Positions 1 through 12,383 of a DNA stretch of 64,000 bases are shown here, piece after piece; position 1 is the stretch's first letter; every line of letters begins with the position of its first letter. The position numbers and the translations under genes were made by a program. The notes under the pieces were generated by a model. That model saw only the letters and a list, made by a program, of their open reading frames with translations, did no database searches and was not told where the DNA came from. Source of the DNA: Eledone cirrhosa (Eukaryota); assembly GCA_964016885.1 (NCBI GenBank), contig OZ024743.1, positions 262,260,001 through 262,324,000 on the forward strand, in the 5' to 3' direction.

Positions 1-960
1 TCTAGTTCTACCATAGATTCAGCTATGAGTGCGAGGTCATCAGCATACAGGAGTTCCCATGGGCATCCGGTCTTAAACTCCTCCGTTATTGCCTGCAGGA
101 CTATGATGAACAGGAGAGGGCTAAGAACAGAGCCCTGGTGGACCCCAACCTGTACGCTAAATTCCTCGCTATACTCATTGCCAATCCTAACTTTGCTGAC
201 TGCTCCCCTATACATGGCTTGTACCGCTTTCACAAGCCATTCATCTACTCCTAGTTTTCTAAGAGCCCACCAGATTACTGCACGTGGAACTCTGTCAAAG
301 GCTTTCTCAAGGTCGACAAATGCCAAGTAGAGTGGCTTACTTTTAGCTAGGTACTTTTCCTGTAATTGCCTCACAAGGAAGAGCGCATCAGTGGTGCCTT
401 TCCCTGGAACAAACCCAAATTGCATCTCGTCTATATTCACCCGGTCCCTAATCAGCTGTGCTATAACTCTTTCTGTTACTTTCATGACCTGGTCCATCAA
501 CTTTATACCTCTATAGTTTCCTCTATCTAGTGCATCGCCTTTACCTTTGTAGCAGTTGACAATGATGCTACTGCACCAATCTTTTGGTATGGCCCCCTCT
601 AGTATTACCTGGTTAACGATACGTGTGGTTATAGTGTGACCTACAGACCCAGATGCCTTCAGCATCTCGGCAGCTATACCCGATGGACCGGTTGCCTTCC
701 CTATCTTCATATCTCTGATTGCCTTACTTACTACGCTGCCGCTGACTTGTACTGCTGGTCCCTCTATAGGGTCTACGTGGGGTAGGGTCTCTTCTTCCCA
801 TGCATTCTCCTCATTTAGTAATCTATCATAATGACTCTTCCATGCATCTTTCTTCTCAGCACTTGTGAGGGCAAGCTCACCTTTATCATTCCGGATACAC
901 TTCTCTCCAATGACATCACAACTATCTCTGACACACTGCCTCGCAATCTTGAATACCTCA
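1..960 (-). mobile_element. RTE-clade LINE fragment (pre-RT and RT region, runs off the window edge)
   Basis: Minus strand reads EVFKIARQCV...AWKSHYDRLLNEE...GKATGPSGIAAEMLK...FVDLEKAFDRVPR...GVHQGS...LLYADDL, homologous to the RTE at 36514-39527. Confidence 0.9.
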
Positions 961-1059
961 TTATCTGAAGCTATTATTATTTATAGCGATTTCTTTGTTT
1001 GGATTCTAACATTTCAAATCATCCAAATGCCTCAATAAATCATTATATATATATATATA

Positions 1060-1131
<72 letters not shown>

Positions 1132-1460
1132 CACATGGCTTAGTGGTTAGAGCATTGGCCTTATAATCGAAAGTTAAATTCTCAGACCGGGTGATGTGTT
1201 GTTTCCTTGAGCAAGACACTTTATTTCACATTGCTCCAGTTTACTCAGCTGTAGAAATGAGATGATAGGGACTGAGGTCCTTATCATTCCACTGTAAAGT
1301 GGTCGTGCAGGTGCCACGGCAAAAAAGCACCCAGCTCTCACTGTAAGTGAGGTTGGTGTTAGGAAGGGCATCCAGCTGTAGAAATCAAGCCAGAATCAGT
1401 TCCCGTCCTACCCTTGCAAGCAGGGAAAAAGCGGACGTAAAATGAAATGATGAATGATGA
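1132..1460 (+). mobile_element. tRNA-derived SINE family A (CORE-like body, RTE-derived tail)
   Basis: A box TGGCTTAGTGG, CCTTGAGCAAGACACTT body, tail CCTTGCAAGCAGGGAAAA..GCGGACGTAAAATGA. Near-identical to the copies at 6263, 8484 and 9377. Confidence 0.85.
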
Positions 1461-1574
1461 TATATATATATATATGCTATATTAAGCGTTAACCTAATAT
1501 ATACCTTCCATATACTGTACCGATTGTGTTGTTATTTCTGTTTACCTTTTACATACATATATATATATATATAT

Positions 1575-3487
1575 ATCATCATCGTCATCGTTTAACGTCC
1601 ATCTTCCATGCTTGCATGGGTTTGGACGGGAGTTTTCCCACTTGAAGCAAGATTGGTTGTCTTGCTCGTATAGGACTGTTTGGTGGGTTTTCTACGGCTG
1701 GATGCCCTTCCTAACACCAACCACGTTTACAGTGTGGACTGGGAGGTTTTTACTGTGTTACCTACACGGCCACATTACAGCGTGGACTGTGTGTTATTTT
1801 GTCGTGACACCTACACGACCTCATTCTTTTCGGACTGGATGTTGTGGTACCAACATAACTTCATATTGAAGGGTGTGGATGGGGTGGGGGTAGTGGGAGA
1901 GGGGTGTATTTTTGTTAGAGGTGCCTACTGACTGTAGGTTTCGCTTTGTACTTAGGCAAGGCGGGTCTTCTGTATTACTGTGTAGCGCCAAAGATCTCGG
2001 TCCAGTGACATTGTCTTGGAGAGGTGTGTGTGTGTGAGGTCGGAATTTATCAAGTCGTCCCAGGTTTTTCTGGGTTTGCCTACTCCGTGGTTACCGTCCA
2101 TTTTTATTGCCCTGCACTTTTTTATAGAGCTGTCGTCTTTCATGCGCATCACGTGACCGTACCAACGTAGTCTTCTCTCGAGTAAACAACATCTGATCCC
2201 TCTTATTCCTAATTTCTCCCTTTGTTAGTTTATGCTTTGCCGTTCACGTATATTACTATTACACATCCAGCGGAGCATGCAAGCTTCGTTCCCCTCTAGT
2301 CTGCGTATTTCCTCTGTACACAATGCCCAGGCCTCACTGCCATGCAACATTGCTGTTCGTATGCAGGCATCATACAGCCTGCCTTTCATTTTTAGAGAGA
2401 ACCCTTTAGCGGCTAATAGTGGTATAAGCTCTCTGAACTTTTTCCATCCAGTTCTGACTCTAACTACTGTACTTTCAGAGCACCCTCCCCCACTGCTGAT
2501 TTTGTCACCCAGGTAACAGAAGGTGTCCACTATTTCTATAGAACCATCTGTGCAATGGAATGAGCTAGTATTCTGTGGGCACTTGCTGCTACTTATTGCA
2601 CCAGAGCACCGGCCACATATAAAATCTATATTCTTAGTTAGCTTACCCGTCATCCCACTACATCTTTTATGCACCCATACTTTGCATTTGGGACATAAAA
2701 TGGAGTTTCTACCTACTCTTTTCCTACACACTGAGCATGGCCATTTCCCGGATGGGACCGGCGCCCTATTTTCCTTCTTACAAACTAGAACTTTAGTCTT
2801 AGACAGGTTAATTTTAAGGCCTTTTGATTCTAGGCCATGCTTCCATGTTTGGAATTTCTTCTCTAGTTCGGCCATTGATTCAGCTATGAGCGTTAGATCA
2901 TCTGCGTATAGGAGTTCCCATGGGCAGCCGGTCTTGAACTCCACTGTTATAGCCTGAAGGGCAATAGTAAATAGTAGGGTGATAAGAACGGAGCCTTGAT
3001 GAACACCAACTTTTACGCTAAACTCTTCACTATATTCGTTGTTAATTCTAACCTTGCTGACTGTTTCTTTATATATGGCTTATATAGCTCTCACAAGCCA
3101 TTCATCAACACCTAGTTTTCTAAGAGCCCACCAGATAATGGAGCGGGGGACTCTGTCAAAGGCTTTCTCCAAGTCAACAAAAGCTAAGTATAGGGGTTTA
3201 CTTTTAGCTAGGTACTACTCCTGTAGTTGTCGTACAATGAAAAGAGCGTCTGTGGTACTTTTACCTGACACAAACCCGAACTGCATTTCATCTAGATCAA
3301 TTCGCTCTCTGATTAGTTGTGCTATTACTTTTTCTGTGACCTTCATGACCTGGTCGATTAATTTAATGCCTCTATAGTTACCCCTATCTAGGGCATCTCC
3401 TTTACCCTTGTAGCAGTTAATGATGATGCTGCTACACCAGTCTTTCGGAACGACCCCGTTCTGTATGATTTGGTTTACTATCCGGAT

Positions 3488-3490
<3 letters not shown>
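1575..3490 (-). mobile_element. RTE LINE subfamily A, 5'-truncated, with 3' UTR and (GAT)n tail
   Basis: Track ORFs 2225..2944 and 1952..2152 (LLYADD, RRLRWYGHV..., PRKTW) with stops; flanked by (TA)n on both sides. Confidence 0.92.
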
Positions 3491-3545
<55 letters not shown>

Positions 3546-3750
3546 GAAAAGAGTCAGGACCCCGACGGCTGAGCTCTGGCCGTTTCGACAGCTATTTCTG
3601 AACTCATTATATATATATATATCATCATCATCATCATTTTACATCTGCTTTTCCCTGCTTGCAAGGGTGGATATATATATATAGTGGTAGAACACTGGAA
3701 GGTAATATCCGTAGTGGTAGAGCACTCAGTCCATGGGATGAGTTAGGTAG

Positions 3751-3966
<216 letters not shown>

Positions 3967-5299
3967 TGTTCTGTTCTATGGGTACTGGAACTGTACAGAC
4001 ATCACATGCCAAATTCCCTTCAAATCACACCTTAACATCTATTGAGAGAAAGGACACATTGGATAATGTAGTTTTGGATACATTGTCTTACTGGAGCACT
4101 TTGATTATAGGTTTGCTTGATCAGAGCCTTAACATCTTGGGTAAAACAAGTTGTTTTACTGCCTGTCTATTAGAGAGAATTCAATTTGGTGTGTCAGAGG
4201 TTCACACACAATATTCTTTATATATATGTGTTTGTGTATATGTGTGTGCATGTCTGTTTGTGTATATGTGTGTGTGTGCATGTTTGTGTGTGTGTGTGTG
4301 TATATATGTGTGTGTATACCTTAGATATCTCTTGTTCACTATTTTTAATTCTTGTTCTGCCTGCCACTGCCTTTTCCCCCACTCACTCCCCCTCCGGCCC
4401 ACCCATCTTCCACAGACACACACATTAAGCCATGAATGATGTATTATGATAAACTTTCATTCTTTCAACATGGTAGTCAATGAAAATATTTACAACTGAG
4501 ACTGTTTTCTCTCTAAACAAGACATCAAAGAATGATAATATCCCACCATTGCATCATTCCACTACATGCTCCACTCACTCCCAACAGAATTATTATCATC
4601 AGATTGAAAATAAAGAAGCTGAGATTATTAATATCTGCTAATAAGTAGGAAAGAGCTGGAAACATTTTAATAGTCCATCCTTAACCCTTTGGAGACAAAG
4701 CCTTCTGATGAAGAGGCAGTCTAATTTTCCTTTTATGAAATATAACAATAACAATGGTGCTAGTTGAAATGTGTTTAAAATGTATCTGATCTCAATAGGC
4801 AAATAATGTATACACACACATGCACAAGCACATGCACACACCCGTGTGTATACATTCTGTGCCTATTGAGATCAGATGTTAACTACCCATGCTAACACAC
4901 ACTGACACAGATGTTAGTATGGGTATTTCAAATACCATTGTAGTTAAAACATTCAAGCATTAACTTAATAAGCACTCAATATGTATAAGCATAATCTAAA
5001 GTTTATTTTAAGTGACTATATATATATATAATCATCCCCCCCGTTTAATATCCCTTTATATATATATATATATCATCATCATCATCATCATCACCGTTTT
5101 ACGTCCGTTCTTCCACGCTAGCATGGGTTAGACGGGATATATATATATAAATAAAGTATTTCCGTCGGAAAGGTACAGGAAAAAAAGTGCTCTAAGTAGG
5201 CTACAGAGCATATTTTTTTGCCCGTTTTTTCAGCCTCACTTTTATATTTCCTAAATTTTGTTTTCAAATCCATATTTAATAAAAACACCATGTTATTTA

Positions 5300-5360
5300 T
5301 TCATTCTGACGACTGAAGACAGACATAACATCCGCCTTCATGAAACCACTGGTAAATGAA
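5300..5360 (+). ncRNA. Type I hammerhead ribozyme motif (Penelope-like)
   Basis: ttcatt-CTGACGA-c tgaagacaga..tccgccttca t-GAAA-ccactggt-A-aatgaa: 6-bp stem I, intact core, stem II 8/10 paired, short near-palindromic stem III, GUA cleavage triplet. Confidence 0.7.
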
Positions 5361-5397
5361 ATAATTATCTTATGTTGTTTATTACTTAACAAAATGA

Positions 5398-5429
<32 letters not shown>

Positions 5430-5861
5430 CATAATCGGAGAAAGCTAATAGCGATACTCCGGCCAAATTCCAACTCACTCAACAAACATTAGGAAATACC
5501 TGAGTATATTCCTAATTAAACATTCGGGGTGCTAACTAATTGTATTTTGTGGAAAATTGGCTGTATCATTTCATGAGATATATCAAATATATCACTTCTC
5601 AGACGACTCGGTTCATTATAAGATTTCTACAAGTTGGGTGCAATTATACCAAATTATGTAGAAGCTTGTATAAGATCAACAGATACTTATTCAAGTGGGC
5701 TCTAATAATTCTTCAGTGGGTGCCCAATAATATTAATATTGATAACCAAATCAACATCAATATTTAGCGATAATCACCATCAGTGCTTGAGGGAGCTGCT
5801 AGGTTGTTAGTCCAGCAGTTCTAAAGAAAATCTCACACTGTCTCGAAAATAGGAGGAGTGT

Positions 5862-5910
5862 GAGATATATCTAGTGAGGAATAAGCGTTGGGGAGGGAGA
5901 TGTGTGTGTA

Positions 5911-5961
<51 letters not shown>

Positions 5962-6007
5962 ACACACATCTCCCTCCCCAACCCTTATTCCTCACTCGAT
6001 ATATCTC
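5862..6007. repeat. Fold-back palindrome centred on (TA)n
   Basis: GAGATATATCTAGTGAGGAATAAGCGTTGGGGAGGGAGATGTGTG... is mirrored by ...CACACATCTCCCTCCCCAACCCTTATTCCTCACTCGATATATCTC. Confidence 0.88.
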
Positions 6008-6262
6008 TTCTGTCCAACTCATACATACATTGTTATACTTCACAATAATGGTGGCAGATCATCTGGATCTAGCGGTGGTTCTTGTATGTGTGTGTAGATA
6101 AAGTGTGTAACATGAGTTGGTCCCTCTGTTCCAGGTGTGTGTGTTATGTTTATCAGTCATAATATTATATGTATAAATCACTGTCCACATGCGTGTGAAG
6201 TTATCAGGCGTGTATTTTGTGTGTTTGTGTTGTGTGTATACTGCTTCTACCTTTCCTTTTCA

Positions 6263-6604
6263 TATCATCATCATCATCATAATCACATCCGCTTTTCCCT
6301 GCTTGCAAGGGTGGGACGGGAACTGATTCTGGCTTGATTTCTACAGCTGGATGCCCTTACTAACACCAACCTCATTTTTACAGTGAGTGCTGGGTGCTTT
6401 TTTGCCGTGGGACCTCCACGTCCATTTTGCAGTGGAATGATAAGGACCCCAGTCCTATCATCTCATTTCTACAGCTGAGTAAACTGGAGCAATGTGAAAT
6501 AAAGTGTCTTGCTCAAGGAAACAACACATCACCCAGTCTGAGAATTGAACTCACAACCTTTCGATTGCAAGGCCAATGCTCTAACCACTAAGCCATGTGC
6601 CTCC
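6263..6604 (-). mobile_element. SINE family A copy
   Basis: Reverse complement of 9377-9725, including the A/B-box head and the RTE-like tail. Confidence 0.88.
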
Positions 6605-8483
6605 ATACACACACACACACACACACGCACACACACACTTGGTTATCAACAGACACTCACTAACATCCACGAGACATTCATATATTGAATCCTGTTTTCC
6701 CAGGATATATATAATTATAGTACTCTAGTGCTGTAATGAATTACTATTAGTGTCACAACAAAGACACTCAGTCTAACCTGTAAGGTGGTTATGGTGGTTA
6801 CAAAATGCAAACAGTACCCAGTCCACACTTTAACATGGTTGACGTTAAGAAGGAAGAGCATCAAGCCATAGAAACCAAGGCAACATGCAGATCCGTATGA
6901 GCAAGATGTCGTAACCCATCTAACCCATGCGATCATGAAGAAAGTAGACACTAAATGTGATAATGAAAATGATATATATGAGAGAAAGAAAGAGAAAGTA
7001 TTTTTCATAGAAACTTCTTAGCTTTCTGGTCAAACTTTGTAGCTTGTTGTTTTGTGATCTTTCAGTTCAAAATTCTCTTCCTATGGATTTCTTAGTATAA
7101 GCATAAATCTACACACATCACTCAACCTCTTGTGGCACATTGTGACACTCAACTTCATGTGGCACATTGTCAAATTTGTAAGAGGTCATTGGTTACATTA
7201 TCTTTATTACTCTGGAATAAGTTGTATTCAAATAAAGCATGAAACTGTTTTTGAAAATGACATTTACAATGGCAAGGTGTGTCCCATTATTCCTGAAGCA
7301 CTAACATTGACAGTTGACAACAGTTAGCAAGGAAGAAAAGTTAACTTTTCTTTTTTTTATGGTTTAAATGTCAAGACAAAATACTGAAAATGCTTTTTTC
7401 TTCTTTTAAACTGTTCTCTTCAGACATACTTTTATACATACATACACACACGCACATACATTGTTATACTTTGCAATAATGGTGGCAAAGCATCTGGACT
7501 TATCAATAGTTCTAGTATCTGTAGATGAGATGCATTGTGTGAGCCATGCAAGAATGGAAAATAGATGGTAGACAGTAATGATAATGATGATTCAGATATA
7601 TATTCATAAAAAATAAACAATTTTTTTATGAGATCTCTGAATTTGTCTAGATAATAAAAAGACTACAACAATTTGATTGGTTCATCCATAGATGGAAAGA
7701 AGTTATAGCCGTAAATATAGAAGTTGACTCACACATGATTTATTATGTTCACTTAATTCGATGTCAGGTGGTGAATTGGTAGTCATTAGAACATCGGATA
7801 GAATACATTGCAGTATTTGTTTTGGTTATTTGCTCTCTGAGTTTAAATCCCAAAATCAACTTTACTTTTCATCTTTTCAAGGTCGATAAAGAAAAGAAGT
7901 ACCAGTATAGTACTAAGGTTGATTCTTCCTCTGTATCTCTTTCTCACTTCCTTTCTCTCACACTTTCTCACCTCTGGAAGAAATCTGCTGTGTTCAGACT
8001 TGGAGAGGGGCTTGGTTAAAAATAACCAAGAAACTCAGTATGTTAATATATTCCTATATACATATAATTCAATGTGATTTTAATTTATTCTGTATATATT
8101 GATATTTTAACCTGTACTTTTTTGTTTCAATTTAAAAAAAATATTTATTCTTTATGGGGTCTGTGAGGACTGTTCAGTCTGAACACTCATGTGATAGCAT
8201 TTCTAATGCTGGTGCCATGATAATATGCACCAGGTCAACTCTGTAAAATGGTACTACTGGTGCCTTGAAAAAACATCGACTACACCATGTAAGATGGTTA
8301 GTGTTAGGAAGGGTATCCAGCTGTTGAAATCATACCAAATATCGAACGTATGGACAAGATGAGGCCGTTCTGAGTCCTCTGCCAGCATGGAACGTGGACA
8401 TAAAAATGATGATGATGATTATCTGATTGGCATTGTCAGTATAGAGGGCCAGAAAATATTACGGAACACGATTATATATGAGA

Positions 8484-8828
8484 TCATTTCATCATTTTCA
8501 TTTCATTTTACGTCCGCCTTTTCCCTGCTTGCAAGGGTGGGACAGGAACTGATTTTGGCTTGATTTCTACAGCTGGATGCCCTTACTAACACCAACCTCA
8601 TTTACAGTGAGTGCTGGGTGCTTTTTTGCCGTGGCACCTGCATGACCACTTTTCAGTGGAATGATAGGGACCCCAGTCCTATCATCTCATTTCTACAGCT
8701 GAGTAAACTGGAGCAATGTGAAATAAAGTGTCTTGCTCAAGGAAACAACACATCACCCGGTCTGAGAATTGAACTCACAACCTTTCGATTGCAAGGCCAA
8801 TGCTCTAACCACTAAGCCATGTGCCTCC
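8484..8828 (-). mobile_element. SINE family A copy
   Basis: Full-length reverse-complement copy with (ATG/AAATG)n tail. Confidence 0.88.
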
Positions 8829-9256
8829 ATAAAAAAAAATTTTTATTTTTAATCCTTCTTCTCTTGAACTCTAAACATCTTATATATAAGTTGTACTTTG
8901 TAATATTTTCCCATCCTCTGTCCTGACCATGTCAGTGAGATAATGATTAATTTCACACAACCAACAAAGTTTTGGAGAAGGACAAGGTTGATTAAATCGA
9001 TACCAGTACTTGTATTATTTTATTTATCTCAGAAAAAGGAAAGGCTAATTGACATCGGGATTTGAACTCAAAATGTAAAGAGCCAGAACAAATATAGCAA
9101 TGGTATTTTATCCAATGCTCTTATTCTGTTAATCAACTACCCTCAAACAAATAATTAAAAAAAAAAAGGTTGAACTATCAACTTATTTAGAGTAAATTAA
9201 AATTAAATTAAATTAAATGAACATATAGTGTGTCAGCTTCTACATTGACTCTCATT

Positions 9257-9810
9257 ACTTCTTTCCACCTATGGATGAACCAATCAAATGGCAGCATTAT
9301 ATATAGAGATATTTCCACCTATAGATGAACCAATCAAATGGCAGCATTATATATAGAGATATTTCCACCTATAGATGGAGGCACATGGCTTAGTGGTTAG
9401 AGCATTGGCCTTGCAATCGAAAGGTTGTGAGTTCAATTCTCAGACCGGGTGATGTGTTGTTTCCTTGAGCAAGACACTTTATTTCACATTGCTCCAGTTT
9501 ACTCAGCTGTAGAAATGAGATGATAGGGACTGTGGTCCCTATCATTCCACTGCAAAGTGGTCGTGGAGGCGCCACGGCAAAAAAGCACCCAGCACTCACT
9601 GTAAAATGAGGTTGGTGTTAGGAAGGGCATCCAGCTGTAGAAATCAAGCCAGAATCAGTTCCCGTCCCACCCTTGCAAGCAGGGAAAAGCGGACGTAAAA
9701 TGAAATGATGAAAATGATGAGATGAACCAGTCAAATGGCGGTAATATATATAGAAACATTTCCACCTATGGACGAACCAATCAAATGTCTACAATATATA
9801 TAGAAATATA
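9257..9810 (+). repeat. Tandem repeat of about 50 bp interrupted by a SINE
   Basis: Unit TTTCCACCTATRGATGAACCAATCAAATGGCAGCATTATATATAGAGATA occurs about 4 times; the third unit is split by the SINE at 9377-9725. Confidence 0.8.
9377..9725 (+). mobile_element. SINE family A copy (cleanest)
   Basis: GGAGGCACATGGCTTAGTGG (A box) ... GAGTTCAATTC (B box), CORE-like segment, GGTGTTAGGAAGGGCATCCAGC block, tail matching the RTE-B 3' end. Confidence 0.9.
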
Positions 9811-11130
9811 TATATATATTGTTATACTTTGGGAGGGTCATGTTGACATTAAGAAACACGTGCACCAGTTGCTTTCACTTCAATTTATTATAAATTAAAT
9901 TATAAATTTAAAATTTATAAATTTCCGGTTGGTTGGTTGGTGCCACAACCGGACGGTTGTTCATATATTGTCAAAGTTCTTTCGTCACACATTCTGTGAC
10001 CTTTTCAGTGACTGGGGATTCTTTTTTTTGTTTTGTGCCTCTCCTTTGTTCTGTCCTACGCCATCTTGTTTTTGTGTGTGTTGTGTGCTTAGTTTGCGCA
10101 TGTATTACATCCGAGTGTCTGTGTGTGTTTTTATTTGTTTATTTATTTGTTTATTTATATGTTACTAGTTAGTTGTTTGTTCTATGTGTGTGTGTTTTCA
10201 TTTTGTCCTTATATACAGGTATGGATACAAACAAATGTAAAGAACAATTAACACACAACATTGAAGTTGAAAATATTTGTATCAACAGTTTGACTTATTT
10301 GTTTATTATCAGTGGTTTCATAGATATAAACATATAAACACATCTTTCAGGTGCTTCTGGAGCAGTTAAACATGCTTATATTGATGAAACTACTGGTAAT
10401 GTATGGGTAAGTGAAACTGTTCACACGCACATGGAGTGTATGATATTAATGATTAGAGGAAAGGAATTATTTCATGCCTGAGACATGTCAAATGTCACTT
10501 AGTGCATAAGACTGAAATATCTATCTAAGGAGAATCAAACCTCACTGGTACTGATTTAGTAATGTTAGAAATATATGACTTCTGGGAGAGGTTGCTAGAA
10601 ATAGAAATTCCTAGCCTCCAATATTACATTACTATTGGTTCTATAAATATTTCTCTTTCATCCCTAACTATATCACAGATATAGTTAGGGATGAAGAGGA
10701 ACATCATAGAAACACACCCATTGAAGCAATTATTCATTAAGTGAGTTGTTTATTTCAGTGATTATATCTGTATTGGTTCTTATTTGTTGAGGTATATGGT
10801 CTGGTTATTCTGATTGTGTGGCTGCATTGCCAGTTACGTCATGGGGTAGTGGTTGGTTAGGAGCTGTAATGAAATCACATAATGCGACAGCTGCAGTCTG
10901 ATGATTTTCGTTACCGCCATACCAATAATTAGTGTAGGGTTGTTTTTTGTTATGCTGAGAGTGTTTTGGGTAGGGTTTTGAAGGGTGTGATTGATTTTAC
11001 TTTAGTCTAGTGTGGTATGTTTCTAGAATGTAAAGTTGAATGTAAAGCTTACGTTTGCTTGAGTTTGGGGATAGCATTGGTTTGGTGTTGATTTGTTTGT
11101 ATTTGAGGGAAATTAAGTGATATATATATA

Positions 11131-12348
11131 TATCATCATCAACGTTTAACGTCCGTGTTCCACACTTGCATGGGTTTGGACGGGGGTTTTCCCACTTGAG
11201 GCAAGACTGATTGTCTTGCTCGCATAGAACTGTCTGGCAGGTTTTCTACAGTTGGATGCCCTTCCTAACACCAACCACATTTACAGTGTGGGTCTGAGAG
11301 GTTTTTACCGTGTTGCCTACACGGCCACATTACAGCGTGGACTGTGTGTTTTTTTTTTGTCGTGACACCTACACGATCTCATTTGTTTCGGCCTGGATGG
11401 TGTGGCACCAACATAACTTTACATAGAAGGGGGGCGGTGTGGATGGGGTGGGGGTGGTGGGACGGGGGTGTATTTTGTTAGAGATGCCTACTGACTGTAG
11501 TAGGTTTTACTTTGTATTTAGGTAAGGCGGGTCTTCTCTATTACTGAGTACCGCCAAAGGTCTCGGTCCAGTGACATTGTCTTGGTGAGGTGTAAGTGTG
11601 TGAGGTCAGAGTTTATCAGCTCGTCCCAGGTTTTTCTGGGTCTGCCTATTCCGTGGCTACCGTCTATCTTTATTGCCCTGCACTTTGTTATACAGCTATC
11701 GTCCTTCATGCGCATCACGTGACCATACCAACGTAGCCTTCTCTCTAGTAAACAACATCTGATCCCTCTTATTTCTAATTTTTTCCTTAGTTCGTTTATG
11801 CTTTGTCGTTCACGTATATTACTATTACACATCCATCGGAGCATGCAAGCTTCGTTTCTCTCTAGTCTGCGTATATCCTCTGCACACAATGCCCAGGTCT
11901 CACTGCCATGCAACATTGCTGTTCGTATGCAGGCATCGTACAGCCTGCCTTTCATTTTTAGGGAGAACCCTTTAGCGGCTAATAGTGGTATAAGCTCTCT
12001 GAACTTTTTCCACCCAGTTCTGACTCTAGCTACTGTACTTTCAGAGCACCCTCCCCCACTGCTGATTTTGTCACCCAGGTAACGGAAGCTGTCCACTATT
12101 TCTATAGAACCCTCTGCGCAGTTGAAAGAGCTAGTATTTTGTGGGCACTTGCTGCTACTTGCCCGAGAACACCGGCCACATGTAAAATCTATGTTCTTAG
12201 TTAGTTTACCTGTGATCCCACTACATCTTTTATGCACCCAAACTTTGCATTTGGGACACAAAATGGAATTTCTACCTATGCCTTTCCTACACTCTGCGCA
12301 TGGCCACTTCCCGGAGGGGACCGCCGCCTTATTTTCTTTCTTTCTTAC
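11131..12348 (-). mobile_element. RTE LINE subfamily A, 5'-truncated
   Basis: Track ORF 11518..12261 is nearly identical to the C-terminus of 36514..38019; same 3' UTR; (TA)n on both flanks. Confidence 0.92.
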
Positions 12349-12349
12349 A

Positions 12350-12383
<34 letters not shown>

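Noticed and set aside
9377-9450. tRNA-like sequence with A and B boxes
   Set aside because: It is a SINE head: no proper acceptor stem, and it is always joined to the same SINE body.
9257-9810. CRISPR-like spaced repeats
   Set aside because: Eukaryotic context, no unique spacers and no cas genes; an ordinary minisatellite.
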